Below are positions 1-12,590 of a stretch of DNA of 64,000 bases, in pieces. Numbering within the stretch: position 1 is the stretch's first letter; every line of letters begins with the position of its first letter. Under the pieces are notes generated by a model. It was given only the letters and a program-made list of their open reading frames with translations. It had not been told where the DNA came from and did not search any database. The stretch is from Squalus acanthias. Lineage: Eukaryota. Both the position numbers and the translations under genes were made by a program. The DNA is taken from NCBI GenBank assembly GCA_030390025.1, contig CM059432.1:26414001-26478000 (forward strand). Reading direction: 5' to 3'.

Positions 1-300
1 AAGATGTTAAACTGAGGTCTTGCCTGCTGAATGTTGAAGATCCCATGATGTTATTTCTCTTGCTGTACTGGCCAAAGTTATTTCTCTTGCTGTTACTGGC
101 CAAAATTCCTCCCTTAACCTACAAAAAGAGTGCTCATTTGTCTCTTTTCTTTTTGTGGGATCTTTCTGTGTGCTGATTGCTGCCCTGTTTGCTTATGTAA
201 CAATAGTCACTGCAGTTCCAAAAGTAACTCATTGTGTAGCACTTTAGGTATTTTTGAGAGATGTGCTAAGTTATCATGTAAATTCAAGTCATACATTCTT
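1..300 (+). mobile_element. Degraded DeuSINE/SacSINE1-like SINE, 3' part
   Basis: Order of motifs gaagatcccatg...ctggccaa...tttgtgggatcttt ctgtgtgc...aaaagtaactcatt...gcacttt matches the recalled Deu-domain SINE. Small tandem duplication of ttatttctcttgctg(t)tactggccaaa at about 51-106. Confidence 0.6.
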
Positions 301-424
301 TTTAACCTTTAACAGTTGGCTGAAATGATAAATGAGTATATGTTTACCTTTAGCTTAGCGACGGCATAAAATTACAATGCGTGAATATGAACTGTGGTGT
401 GTTTACAGACCAGCATTCACCCAG

Positions 425-520
425 CAGACCTGCTGAGTATTTCCAGCATTTTCTGTTTTTATTTTGAAAGTACTTCATTGGCTGTAAAGCACTTTGGAAT
501 GTCCTGAGGTCATGAAATGG
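425..520 (+). mobile_element. Penelope pLTR 3' tail remnant joined to a DeuSINE 3' fragment
   Basis: gacctgctgagtatttccagcattttctgtttttattt is the same tail seen at 33898-33935 (reverse complement). It is followed by aagtacttcattggctgtaaagcactttggaatgtcctgaggtc. Confidence 0.6.
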
Positions 521-629
521 TAGCTGCACACCCACATTATACCAGTATGTGGCACAATGTATTGAAGTGCTGACAGTGCACAAGACAGCACTTTAATGAC
601 CAAGTGAATATGAGAAAAATTTACGGTTC

Positions 630-950
630 TGCCCCCAATGGCACAGTTGCTAAAAATCCTACCCATTGTGTCACTGAGCCATACAGGACAGGAAGGTCCC
701 AGATTTGGGCTGAGTTAGCTGATCTCATTGGCAGTTGGATCACTACAATTCACCTCAGTGCCTCTAATCTAAGGAGGTAGGGGCAAATCAAAAATCAGCT
801 TTTGTTCCCACTCCTGATTGTCATCCAGTAACTTCAGCTGTAAGGTATACATGCATGCACACTAAGTGAGGACAAGATAGAGCTGAGCTGTGGTATTCCC
901 ACACTGTTGAATAGCCTGCTAATACTCACTGCCTAGACTTGTGAAGATGT
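630..950 (+). mobile_element. Old SINE-like repeat, family S1
   Basis: Shares actgagccata...gctgagttagctgatctc...cactacaatt...aatcagc...ctcctgat...gaggacaag...gaatagcctg with four other copies in the window. Confidence 0.6.
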
Positions 951-2909
951 ACCAGCTGGCTCTGCTGACCAGGGAGCCAGCCAAGGAAATAAATGGTGGA
1001 AGAGTGGGTGAGGATAAATTCAAGGCTCTCAGTAACATCCTTTTAATCAACAGAACATTCTCCTGATTTCTAATTCCGAGCACTAGCTCATTTTTGTACA
1101 CTTTATCTAGAGGAGTGAAAACAAATTTCAAAGTGGATATTTTCCAATTACTCGCAGGCATCCATTAGGGAGATCATTAGTGGCCATGTGTCACCAGATG
1201 CTGATGGTGATTGGGTTTTTACTGCTGGCTGGTTGAGCCTGCACGCATGGGAAATAAGAAATATCAACCACACCTGATTTATCAGGGCATCAAAGATTTT
1301 TGTTCTGCAGGAACACAGACTTCTCTCACCTCTAGCCTCAAGTCTCATTCCCTCTGCCTCACGCTTCCCTGTCTTTCTCCATGTTATTAATGCTGCTGTG
1401 GTCATTGGGTGTGAGCCTTTGGCTTTGTGGTAGTATTCCCACCTCTGAGTCAGAAGGGAAAGGTTTGAGCCCCTCTCCAGACAGTCCCAGTGAGTGAAGA
1501 CTAGAATATGGGCCTGGAATTTCCTGGGGATTTGCATCCAAAGACTCGTGCAATCGTGGCGTAAAGACGATTTCCGGCATAAAAAGATTGAGGAAGTTTG
1601 GACGCAAGTGTGTTACGCATATACTTATTGTATGGCCAAATGTCTTAATCTATTCTGGCCGTTCACCAAGACCTTCACATGATGACTCATTATCATGGCT
1701 CTGCCCCCCTGGTAGAGAGCAGTACATGCGAATGTTATGGGATTACATCGGTTCAAAACAGGTGTAAATTTACACCCAGAATTTTAGGTGCAGCATTTAC
1801 ATTTCTAACATTTAATGGCAATTTTTTCAGCGGTTTTCTTGATTTCCCGTCACTGACATCTGAATACATTTTTATGGCATCAGAATGAGTTACATTAAAG
1901 ACTGCAAAGCTTTCACAATTGCATTTTTGTAAACATGCTGCGTCTAATGTGGATAAATGATAGTTAGATGGCTTCAAACTTCAATGTTCATGCTTGAAGA
2001 AAGAATATAGGGCGTGTTTCCCATGCTTTTCTCGGGCCCTGATTGTTTAAGCTGATTTCTGCTTGTTTACGATGATTTTATGTTCCGGCTTATGCTATTG
2101 AAATTGGCAGGAAATTTCAGCATAAGTTAAGGTCAACAAAATGGGCATAACAACGGGCATACATTTTGGTGCAACTAGCCAATTATGCCGCCACAAGAAA
2201 CTCAAGGCCATGGACTCTAAATATTGGATTGACATCTAGCAGGGTACTCATGTCTGGACAGAATGACCACTTATTCAATGGTCGTATTCCCGCCTCTAAC
2301 TCAGAAGGGTTGGGCTTGGAGCACTGGCTATGAATACTGGGATGAAATCCATTGGGGGCACTTGTTTCCAATGTGTACGTTAACACCACCCCTTTCATAA
2401 AAGGTAGATGGGGCTCTTTAGCCTTGGTTGCAGCCCATCTAGAAGTTATACCAAAGATAAAAGCCACAAGGAAGGCAATGGGAAATCAGGTCAACTACTC
2501 TTCCCTAGTTGGCTCAAAAATCTAATGTATAAGACTTGTTAGGACCTTCCCTAGGGAATAATGCAACGGTGGTCATTGCTTGTCTGCACTTTCTTCATTC
2601 TCCTAAGTTTCAATTACATTACCATACACACTCTTCCTCCCTAGATCCTCATCACAACATCTCCTACTCCAACTCATTTTTTTCCCAAGACCTCCTTACT
2701 TCCCTCAGTTTCTCCTTCCTCTTGCGGTCAATGGGGTGTAGAAACTCCAGCTTGGTGCCACCTTCTCACCACTTACTGATTTACTGGCTTTTCATCTGCT
2801 TCTCTCTTCTTTCCATCCTTGGTGGTGACCTCTGACTTGGGTCTTTACCCTTCATGTATAGGTCTCAATAAAAATTATACTTTTCAGTAATTGATAGCCA
2901 CCCTTCTCA

Positions 2910-3012
2910 CTGGCCAATATTTATCCCTCAACTAACATCACTTAAAACAGATTATCTGGTCATTATCGCATTGTGAAAGGCACAATATAAACAAAGGTCT
3001 TTCTTTTCTTTC
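2910..3012 (+). mobile_element. DeuSINE/SacSINE1-like fragment with internal deletion
   Basis: ctggccaatatttatccctcaactaacatcacttaaaacagattatctggtcattatc joined to gtgaaaggc...gtctttctttt tail. Confidence 0.65.
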
Positions 3013-6000
3013 TTGGTGAAAGGAATAGGGAAAAAGGGAGAAAATTGGAAAAGAAAATACAGGAATTCCCTTGGAAAAGGAACCATCGGTATGAACTTCA
3101 AAGGCAACTAGCAGAACGATTCAATGTGCCTCCGACAGCAGAGAGCACTGTCAAGATCAGAAATAAAAAGAAAAATGGGGGGTGATTTTCCGCTGTAGCA
3201 TTCCTGGCGCATGCAAGGAGCACATCTTGGGAAATTGTGCACACCATTCATGAGATCAGAAGAAGAAAATCTCCCTGATAGTAAAAGCCTGAAATCTGAA
3301 ATAAAAAGAGAAAATGCTGGAAACGCACATCAAGACAGTCAGCATCAGAAAGATAAAGACAGGTTAACATGCTGGGTGAAAAGAGGATAGCTAGTGTCCC
3401 TCTACAAAGCAGTTATTGGCAAATAAAATTGAAAACAATTCATTTGAAACTCGTCATCGCTGAGAATATCCCAATGGACTAGTCTGGGATCTGGGCAGTG
3501 GTGTAGTGTTTATTGCCTGAAGCCAGTCCTGTCATTTCATGAATGGTTCCTTAAATGATTAGGTTTACTCTTCCTCTTCCAACATAAACAGCAGGCAGTC
3601 CATCTATTTAATCCTGGTTCTTTTCCTTTTAAGGAGGTGATCCACTAGCTACAATTTCTTTGCTGCAGCCCGCAGCAACTTTAGCACTGTGCACTAATAG
3701 TCAGCCCCTAGGGTGCTGCGGAATTTGCCAGGCATCTGTGGGAATATGGTCGTCAGAATGGGTAGTATACAGACTCTGCCTGAAACTCCAAAACTACTAA
3801 GCAGACTGGATCCTTTCCCCTCCCTTTCACAAACTAACAGCCTCCTCCCAAAGTCCCACAAAGAACGACAACTCGGTTGAACCCAAGGAACCATTGCTAA
3901 ATTATCTCGACCTGCAAATGTTGGACAACCGAACGGGTAGCTCTAATGTGTCAATGTATTCTTTTGTAACTACTGTGTGTCAAACTGTGCAGTAACTGCA
4001 CTGTATATGGATTCTTCCGCCTGAAAGTCTTTAAAAACTTAAAAAGAAATGTTATGTACTATAGTTATTGTGATCAACTACCAGCTACTTATTTTGTTAC
4101 TTATTTGATTATTATTGGTTAATTGGACATGGAGGTTGTAGAGTGAATCAATAAAGAATACAGTGCATATGGAAAAAAAGTCATCAAGTGCCCTGGGGAT
4201 GAGTAACTTGTGATGGGTATAGGTATGGTTGATTTATTGCCTGTAATTCATCACCAAATTGATATCAATTAAATGTGTTGCTGGAGAGAGAAGGGATCGA
4301 GAGATATGATCAGGAGACATGCAGGGGACGTTGATCTGAAAATGGACAACATTGTTGGAATTAATGTCCTTTTCCTGTTTATGTTCTTTTGAATTTTGCT
4401 AATATCTGAATTTGTTTATTTTTTTATATGAAAATTACTGCATTTAAAGGAACTGAAATGACAGGGTTTGAAACAAGAGATAAGGGTAGGTGAAAGTTCC
4501 AGCAGAGGCGCAGGAACATAAGAACTTAAGAAATAGGAGCAGGAGGCCCTTCGAGCCTGATCCGCCATTCAATAAGATCCTGGCTGATCTTCTACCTCAT
4601 CTCCACTTTCCTGCACTATCCCCATATCCCTTGATTCCCTTAATATTCAAAAATCTAGCGATCTCTGTCTTGAATATACTCAACGACTGAGCCTCCACAG
4701 CCCTCTGGGGTAGAGAATTCCAAAGATTCACCATTCTCTGAGTGAAGAAACTTCTCCTCATCTCAGTCCTAAATGGCCAACCCCTTATTCTGAGACTGTG
4801 ACCCCTGGTTCTAGACTTCCCAGCCAGGGGAAACATCCTCCCTGCATCTACCCTGTCAAGTCCTGTAAGAATTTTGTATGTTTCAATGAGATCACTCATT
4901 CTTCTAAACTCTAGAGAATATAGGACTAGTCTACTCAATCTTTCCTCATAGGACAATCCCCCCATCCCAGGAACCAGTCTGGTGAAGCTTTGTTGCACTC
5001 CCTCTATGGCAAGTATATCCTTCCTTAGGTAAGGAGACCACAACTGTACACAATACTCCAGCTGTGGTCTCACCAGGGCCCTGTTTAATTGCTGTAAGAC
5101 GTCTTTACTCTTATACTCAAATCCTCTTGTAATAAAGGCCAGCATACCATTTGCTTTCCTAATTGCTTGCTGTACTTGCATGTTAACTTTCAGTGATTCG
5201 TGTACAGGACACCCAGGTTCCTCTGAACACCAACATTTCCTAATCTCTCACCATTTAAAAAATACTCCGCTTTTCTATTTTTCCTACCAAATTGGATAAC
5301 TTCACATTTCTCCACATTATATTCCATTTGCCATGTTCTTGCCCACTCACTTAGCCTGTCTATATCCCCTTGAAGCCTCTTTACATCCTCCTCACAACTT
5401 ACATTCCCAGCCAGCTTTGTATCATCAGCAAACTTGGATATATTACATTTGGTCCCCTCATCCAAATCATTGATGTAGATTGTGATTGCTGAGGCTCAAG
5501 CACTGATCCTTGTGGTACCCTATTAGTTACAACCCGAAAATGACCAGTTTATTCCTACTCTCTGTTTTCTGTCCATTAACCAATCCTCAATCCATGCTAG
5601 TATATTACCCCCAATCCCATGAGCCCTAATTTTGTTTAATAATCTCTTGTGTGGCACCTTATCGAATGCCTTCTGAACATCCAAATACACCACATCCCCC
5701 TTATCTATTCTGCTAGTTACAACCTCAAAAAACTCTAACAGATTTGCCAAACACGATTTCCCTTTCGTAAATCCGTGTTGACTTTGCCCAATCCTTTTAT
5801 TATTTTCTAAGTGCCCTGTTACCACGTCCTTAATAATAGATTCTAACATTTGCCCTACTACTGATGTCATACTAACTGGGCAGTTTACCCAGTTTCTCTC
5901 TTCCCTCCTTTTTTAAATAGTGGGGTTACATTTGCTACCTTCCAATCCACAGGAACCATTCTAGAATCTATGGTATTTTGGAAAATGACAACCAATGCAT

Positions 6001-6208
6001 CCATTATCTGTATAGTCCCCTCTTTCAAAACCCTAGGATATAGGCCATCAGGTCCAGGGGATTTATCCGCTTTCAGTCCCATTAATTTCTCCAGTACTAT
6101 TTTTTTACTAATACTAATTTCTTTCAGTTCCTCCTTCTCGCTAGAGCCTTGGTTCTCCACTATTTCCGGGAAGTTTTTTGTGTCTTCTTCCGTGAAGACA
6201 GACACAGA

Positions 6209-7072
6209 GGGCTGGATTTTACCACCCCTGAGGAGGCGGGTTTGGAGGCGGGACTGCTGGCTAAATCAAAAAGAATGGGGGCGGGTCCTGAACCCGCTCC
6301 CAACCCGCCTCCAAACAATCTTCCTGGGAGTCGGGTCCCCGATCTGCGCAGGGACCCGACTCCTAGTGGCAGGAAGAGGATTATAGCCATTTAACTGCCT
6401 GTTAATAGGTAGTTAACAGGCAGTTAAGAGGCTTTTTCCCATTTTGAGACTTGTGCTGCAGGCTTCCCGAGGTCGGGGAACCCCGCCAGGGTAAGTGAGG
6501 CATGCTGTGGGTCTGTTCTAATGTTTGTGTAGAGATGACAGCTGCAGAAGTGGTGTGAAGGATCCAATGGGACACTGGTGAGTATCAGATGTAAGGAGAT
6601 GTTGGGAAAGTCATTTTTAATGTGTTTAGATTTTTCTGTAGGTGACAAGCTTTGAAGTGTTTGTGTGGCCTCACTTCATTGGGAGAAGTGACAGATCGCT
6701 TCTGTAACCTCACCTGCAGCTGCCATCTGTTTTATCCTAAGGAGAAGTCAGTGGAGAGCCTGGGTGAAAGGGCTCACCTTTGTACAGTGATTGTCAGTGT
6801 TTGACAGCACCTCAATGCTGTCAAACACTGACAAATCATCTGTCAAAAATAAATGCTACATGTCCCTTTAAGAAAACTGACAGTGAAGCATCATCAATTG
6901 ATGTCATTTGACATCGATTTTCCCTTAATTGGCCGGCAAGCCCGCAGGGCGGGCCTAACAAGGCCAATCGGGAAAATAGCGTCTGTGCGTCGGACATCGC
7001 TGGGGGGCGGGACTAGAACCCGGAAGGCAGCAGTCCCGCCCCCAACTCATCTCGGCAGGTAAAATCCAGCCC
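6209..7072. mobile_element. Non-autonomous Harbinger-like MITE nested in CR1 ORF2
   Basis: Perfect 15-bp TIRs gggctggattttacc / ggtaaaatccagccc; CR1 sequence resumes on both sides; imperfect 3-bp TSD aga/agt. Confidence 0.8.
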
Positions 7073-7745
7073 AGTGTATTTGTTTAATTTCTTCGCCATT
7101 TCCTTATTCCCCATTATAATTTCTCCTGTCTCAGCCTGTAAGGGACCCGCATTTACTTTCGTTAATCTTTTCCTTTTTACATACCTATAGAAGCTTTTAC
7201 AGTCTGTTTTTATGTCACTCACTAGTTTACTCTCATATTCTATTTTTCCTTTCTTTATCAATTTCTTGGTCCTCCTTTGCTGAATTCTAAAATCCTCCCA
7301 ATCCTCAGGCTTACTACTCTTTTTGGCAACATTATAAGCCTGTTCCTTTGATCTAATACTATCTTTAACTTCTCTTGTTAGCCACAGTTGGACCACTTTT
7401 CCTGTGGGGCTTTTGTGCCTTAAAGGAATGTATATTGTTGCAAATGATGTATTAATTCTTTAAATGCTAGCCATTGCTTCTCTACCATCATACCTTTTAA
7501 TGTAGTTTCCCAATCTACCTTCGCCAACTCTCCCCTCATACCTACGTAGTCTGCTTTGTTTAGATTTAAGACCCTAGTTTCGGATTTAACTAAATCACTT
7601 TCAAGCTCAATATAAAATTCTATCATATTATGGTCGCTCTTCCCTAAAGACCCCTTTACTACAAGGTTATTAATTAACCCTTTCTCATTGCACAATACTA
7701 GATCTAAACTAGCCTGTTCCCTAGTTGGTTCCGCAACATACTGAT

Positions 7746-8737
7746 CTCCTCAGGGCAGTGTCCTAGGCCCAACCATCTTCAGCTGCTTCATCAATGACCT
7801 TCCCTCCAACATAAGGTCAGAAATGGGGATATTCGCTGATGACTGCACAGTGTTCAGTGCCATTCACAGCTCCTCAGATAATGAAGCAGTCTATGCCCGC
7901 ATGCAACTAGACCTGGATGACGTTTGGCTTGGGCTGATAAGTGGCAGGTAACATTCGCGCCACAGAAGTACCAGGCAATGACTATCTCCAACAAGTGAGA
8001 GTCTAACTACTGCCCATTGACATTCAACGGCATTACCATTGCTGAATCCCCCATCATCAACATCCTGGGGGTCACCATTGACCAGAAACTTAACTGGACC
8101 AGCCACATAAATACTGTGGCAGCAAGAGCAGGTCAGAAGCTGGGTATTCTGCGGCGAGTGTCTCACCTCCTGACTCCCCAAAGCCTTTCCACCATCTACA
8201 AAGGCACAATTAAGGAATGTGATGGAATACTCTCCACTTACCTGGATGAGTGCAGCTCCAACAACACTCAAGAAGCTCGACACAGTCCAGGACAAAGCAG
8301 CCCGCTTGATTGGCATCCCATCCACCACCTTAAACATTCACTCCCTCCAACACCGGCGTACCGTGGGTGCAGTGTGTACCATCTACAAGATGCACTGCAG
8401 CAACTCGCCAAGGCTTCTTCGGCAGCACCTCCCAAACCCGCGACCTCTTCCACCTAGAAGGACAAGGGCAGCAGGCGCATGGGAACACCACCACCTCCAA
8501 GTTCCCCACCAAGTCACACACCATCCTGACTTAGAAGTATATCGCCGATCCTTCATCATCGCTGGGTCAAAATCCTGGAACTCCCTCCCTAACAGCACTG
8601 TGGGTGTACCTTCACCACACGGACTGCAGCTGTTCAAGAAGGCGGCTCACCACCACCTTCTCAAGGGCAATTAGGGATGGGCAATAAATGTTGGCCTTGC
8701 CAGCGACGCCCACATCCCATAAACGAATTAAAAAAAA
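7746..8737 (+). mobile_element. 5'-truncated LINE, family B (CR1-group RT, A-rich tail), nested in CR1
   Basis: PQGSVLGP, FADDC and MEYSPLTWMSAAPTTLKKLDTVQDKAARLIG; 3' end gggcaattagggatgggcaataaatg...cccacatccc plus A-run. Confidence 0.88.
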
Positions 8738-9008
8738 GAAAACTATCTTGCATACATTCCATGAATTCGTCCTCCACACTAGTACTGCAAATTTGGATGC
8801 CCAGTGTATATGTAGATTAAAGTCCCCCATGATTACTGTATTATGCTTGTTACATGCGCCTCTAATTTCCTGATTTATACTCTGCCCTACATTACAACTA
8901 CTATTTGGGGGCCTATAAACAACTCCCACCAATGTTTTCTGTCCCTTGCTGTTTCTTAGCTCCACCCAAACTGATTCTACTTCTTCATTTTCGGAGCTAA
9001 GACTCTTT

Positions 9009-9781
9009 GGGGGAAAAATTCAGCTGCTTGCGCCTCCTGTTAGCGCCTTAAGAGGGCGCTAATGGGGCGTAAAGCAGCTAACGCCCGGGCGCAGCGCCGC
9101 CCACGCCTCCCGAAAAATTTAGCGGGAGGTTAGCGGCGGCGGCAGCCGGTAGCGCCCTGTGGCGCTGCGCCGCCGGCGATGACGTCATCGCCGTGCGCAG
9201 CACCCCGCTCGCGCCCCGGCCGTGATCTTCAGTCACGCCCCCTGATTTACCGCCAGACGCTATGTCCGACGGGTTCAGGGAGGCGTACGTGCGGCCGGGG
9301 CGGCGATATTTAAAGGGGAGGTGGCAGGCGGCCATTTTTGTTGCTGGCCGCCTGCCAGCACCTGCCCCCGTTGCTGTCCCCGGCCCCTGTGAAGCCCCCC
9401 CACCGTGAAGTGCCGGCTGCGCTCCAAGAGCCCGGCACTTCTCTTGAGTGCCGGGCTCTTTTGCCGGCACTCCCGATCCCTGGGGGCCCAGCTGGGCCCC
9501 GGTTCGCGCTGCGCAGGGTCCCTCCCCTTTAAGAAGGGGAGGAAGGCCTGCAAGACCGCGGCGCGATGTGCCGCAGCGCGTGGCGCTGCGGCACGTAGCG
9601 CCAGGATATTCCCTCGCAGCGCCCCAAGAGGGATGCGGGGTGCTTCCAGTGGCGCCCCGCTTCCCTCTTGGGGCGCAACCACTGAAGTACCGGCGCGGGG
9701 CCGCTAATTTTTTCGGGGCGCTAAAAGTCGCGCCCCGGCGAGGTTAGCGCCCCAAATGGGGCGCGACTCAATTTTTACCCC
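9009..9781. mobile_element. GC/CpG-rich Harbinger-like MITE nested in CR1
   Basis: TIRs gggggaaaaattcag / ctcaatttttacccc; TTT on both flanks (3-bp TSD); ends homologous to MITEs at 49929 and 57054. Confidence 0.85.
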
Positions 9782-10207
9782 TTTCTCTCTACTGTCTTTA
9801 ACCCATCCTTTATTGTCAGGGATACCCCTCCTCCTTTCCCATTTTGCCTATCTCTTCTATAAGTTAAGTATCCAGGAATATTTAGTTCCCAACCGTGGCC
9901 ACTGTGCAAACACGTCTCTGTTATGACTATTAGATCAAAACTGTTCATTTCTATCTGAGTTATTAATTCATCTATTTTGATGCAAATGCTTCGCGCATTC
10001 AGATATCGTGCCTTTAGCTTTGACTTATTTCTATTTTTCCCTGATGTCACCTCAGTCACTGATGCCTTATTACTTTTGTTACTCTCTCTGTCCCTACCTG
10101 ACCCACTCTGCTTATTTTTACCCAAAACTTTACTCTGCTCGAGAGCCTTGACATTTCTCTCGCTGCTTTTAAATTTACTTTTTCCTGAATCCTCCCACCC
10201 CGCTTCA

Positions 10208-11100
10208 TTAGTTTAAAGCCCTGTCTACTGCCATAGTTATTTGGTTCGCCAGGACACTGGTCCCAGCCCCGTTTAAGTGGAGCCCATCCCAACAGAGCAG
10301 CTCCCTCTTTCCCCAGTACTGGTGCCAGTGCCCCATGAACTGAAACCCCTTCCTCCCACACCACTCTTTGAGCCACGCATTTAAACCTCTAATCTGTTCG
10401 TCCCTATGCCAATTTGCGCGTGGCTCAGGTAACAATCCAGAGATTATTACCTTTGCAGTACTGCTTTTTAATTTGGATCCTAGCTCCTCAAACTCCCTCA
10501 GCAGAACCTCATTCCTAGTTCTACCTATGTCATTGGACTCCAAGTTCTTCTCCAGCCACGAGGAGATATCTTTAACCCTGGTCGCGGCTGCAGAGAACAG
10601 TATCTATCCCCCTGACTATACTGTCCCCTACCACAACTTCATTCCCTTTCACTCCCCCCACTTGAATGGCCTCCTGCACCATGGTGCCATGGTCAGCTTG
10701 CTCAACCATCCTGCAGGCTTTTCCCTCATCCACACAGGCAGCAAGAACCTTGTACCTGTTGGACAAGGGTTAAAGGCTGAGGCTCCTCCAGCACTGCATC
10801 TGGGGTTCCCTTACCTGCCTGAGTTGCAGTCACACCCTCCTGTCCCTGACCACTAACCAGACCTGTACCACTACCTAACCTAAGGGGTGTGACTGCCTCC
10901 TGGATCAAAGTGTCCAGGTAACTCTCCCCATCCCTGATGCCCCACAATGTCTGCACCTCAGACTCCAACTCAAAAACTCTGAGCTGAATTTCCTCAAGAT
11001 GCAGGCACTTACTGCAAATGTGGTTATCTGGGATCACAATGCTCTGCACAAACTCCCACATGCTGCAGTTGCGGCACACCACCTGCACTGCCATCCCCAT
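10208..11100 (-). pseudogene. CR1 ORF1 (Cys-rich N-terminus, coiled coil, SGNH/GDSL esterase), frameshifted
   Basis: CRNC...HICSKC, VVVGDSIVRG, SNDIG and DGLHLN motifs across ORFs 10726-11100, 10572-10766 and 10208-10543. Confidence 0.85.
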
Positions 11101-11930
11101 ATGACCTTGTTTTAATTAATTAAATTTGTATTTCGGTAACTTAGTTTACAGTGTAATTTCCTGATTACTTACTTGATCTAGATTAAGTTAAGGGTACTGA
11201 AATTAAATATCTACCTATAACACAAAGCACTACAAATAGTGTAGGCAAAAAGCAACTACTCCTTCCCTCTCTTCTCCAAATTCCCACTCTTTCCAAATTC
11301 CCAAATAAAACACTCTGTTCAAGTCCACTCCATTTAATCCCGCTCTGTGCTCTGCAGAAATGTTTACTTTTATACACTCGGAGCCTCACCCAATTTACAA
11401 GTGTTGACTCAACTCCCCTGCTCCTGGTGATTAGCGCCGATTCAAGATAAACACTTACATCTGACTGACAGTTAACTGCCACTGGCACTCAGCTTCTGTT
11501 AACTACAGTTTTTAAAGTTCTAGGTGAAAATCAAAATCTTAAACTAAATTTCACTTTTTACTGCTTCTATAACAAAGCGTTCTGCACAGAGCGGGATTAA
11601 ACGGAGTGGACTTGAACAGAGTGTTTTATTTGTGAATTTGTAAAGGTTGGGAATTTGGAGAAGCGAGGGAAGGAGTAGTTGCATTTTGTCTACAATATTT
11701 GTAGTGCTTTGTGTTACCCAATACTTACCAGAAATTCCCACTCTATCCAAATTCCCAAATAAAACACTCTGTTCAAGTACACTCCGTTTAATCCCGCTCT
11801 GTGCAGGAGCTCCACAAGCCACATTTGTGATTTAAATAGAGGATATTTTACTGGTGAGAGTGAACAACTGTTGTTCTTCCACCTCAAATGATGCCCTCTT
11901 GCAGGTAAGAGCACAAAAGATAGTCTTTCA

Positions 11931-12440
11931 CATAGAATCATAGAACTTTACAGCACAGAAGGAGGCCATTCGGCCCATCGTGTCTGTGCCGGCTGAAAAA
12001 GAGCCATGCAGCCTAATCCCACTTTCCAGCTCTTGCCTTGTAGGTTGCGGCACTTCAAGTGCATATCCAAGTACTTTTTAAATGCGATGAGGGTTTCTGC
12101 CTCTACCACCCTTTCAGGCAGTGAGTTCCAGACCCCAACCACCCTCTGGGTGAAAAAGGTTCTCCTCACCTGCCCTCTAACCCTTCTACCCATTATTTTA
12201 AATCTATGCCCCCTGGTTATTGACCTCTCCGTTAAGGGAAATAGGTCCTTCCTATCCACTCTATCTAGGCCTCTCATAATTTTATACACCTCAATTAAGT
12301 CTCCCCTCAGCCTCCTCTGTTCCAAAGAAAACAACCCCAGCCTATCCAATCTTTCCTCATAGCAAAAATTCTCCTGTCCTGGCAACATCCTCGTAAGTAT
12401 CCTCTGTACCCTCTCCAGTGCAATCACATCTTTCCTGTAA
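11931..12440 (-). mobile_element. CR1 3' fragment
   Basis: ORF 11948-12454 LERVQR...RLRGDLIEVYKIM...VWNSLP; ttctatgattctatg tail. Confidence 0.9.
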
Positions 12441-12590
12441 TTTTTTTTATTCATACACGGGATGTGGGTATCGCTGGCAAGGCCAGCAATTATTGTTCAT
12501 CCCTAATTTCCCTCGAGAAGGTGCTGGTGAGCCACCTTCTTGAATAAGTGGTATTTCAGAAGGCACTTAAGATTCAACCACATTGACCTT
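12440..12590 (-). mobile_element. Family B 3' tail with a short piece of SINE core
   Basis: gggatgtgggtatcgctggcaaggccagc...gagaaggtg, then agaaggcacttaagattcaaccacattg. Confidence 0.7.

Larger units (their letters stand above)
4597..10020 (-). pseudogene. CR1 ORF2 (APE endonuclease + reverse transcriptase), disrupted
   Basis: ORF pieces YLNARSI, VGVVYRPP, IMGDFN, SDHN, QHGFTKGKSC, KAFDKVPH, KFADDTKL and LEYCVQLWSP; frameshifts, stops and insertions present. Confidence 0.92.
4514..11803 (-). mobile_element. Near-full-length CR1 (HER-like) LINE, decayed, with three nested insertions
   Basis: ttcttatgttc-type tail at 4514; continuous RT, endonuclease and ORF1 fragments on minus; 5' UTR to about 11803; gcagga at both junctions is a possible TSD. 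Confidence 0.92.

Noticed and set aside
1510..2120. Possible old MITE (ggcctggaatttcctg...caggaaatttcagc)
   Set aside because: The termini are too degenerate and no TSD is visible.
9078..9747. Several overlapping 100-135 aa ORFs
   Set aside because: They result from stop-codon scarcity in a GC-rich MITE and show no recognisable domain.
11842..11906. Candidate exon DILLVRVNNCCSSTSNDALLQ with GTAAGA donor
   Set aside because: Weak acceptor, unrecognised peptide and no supported partner exon.
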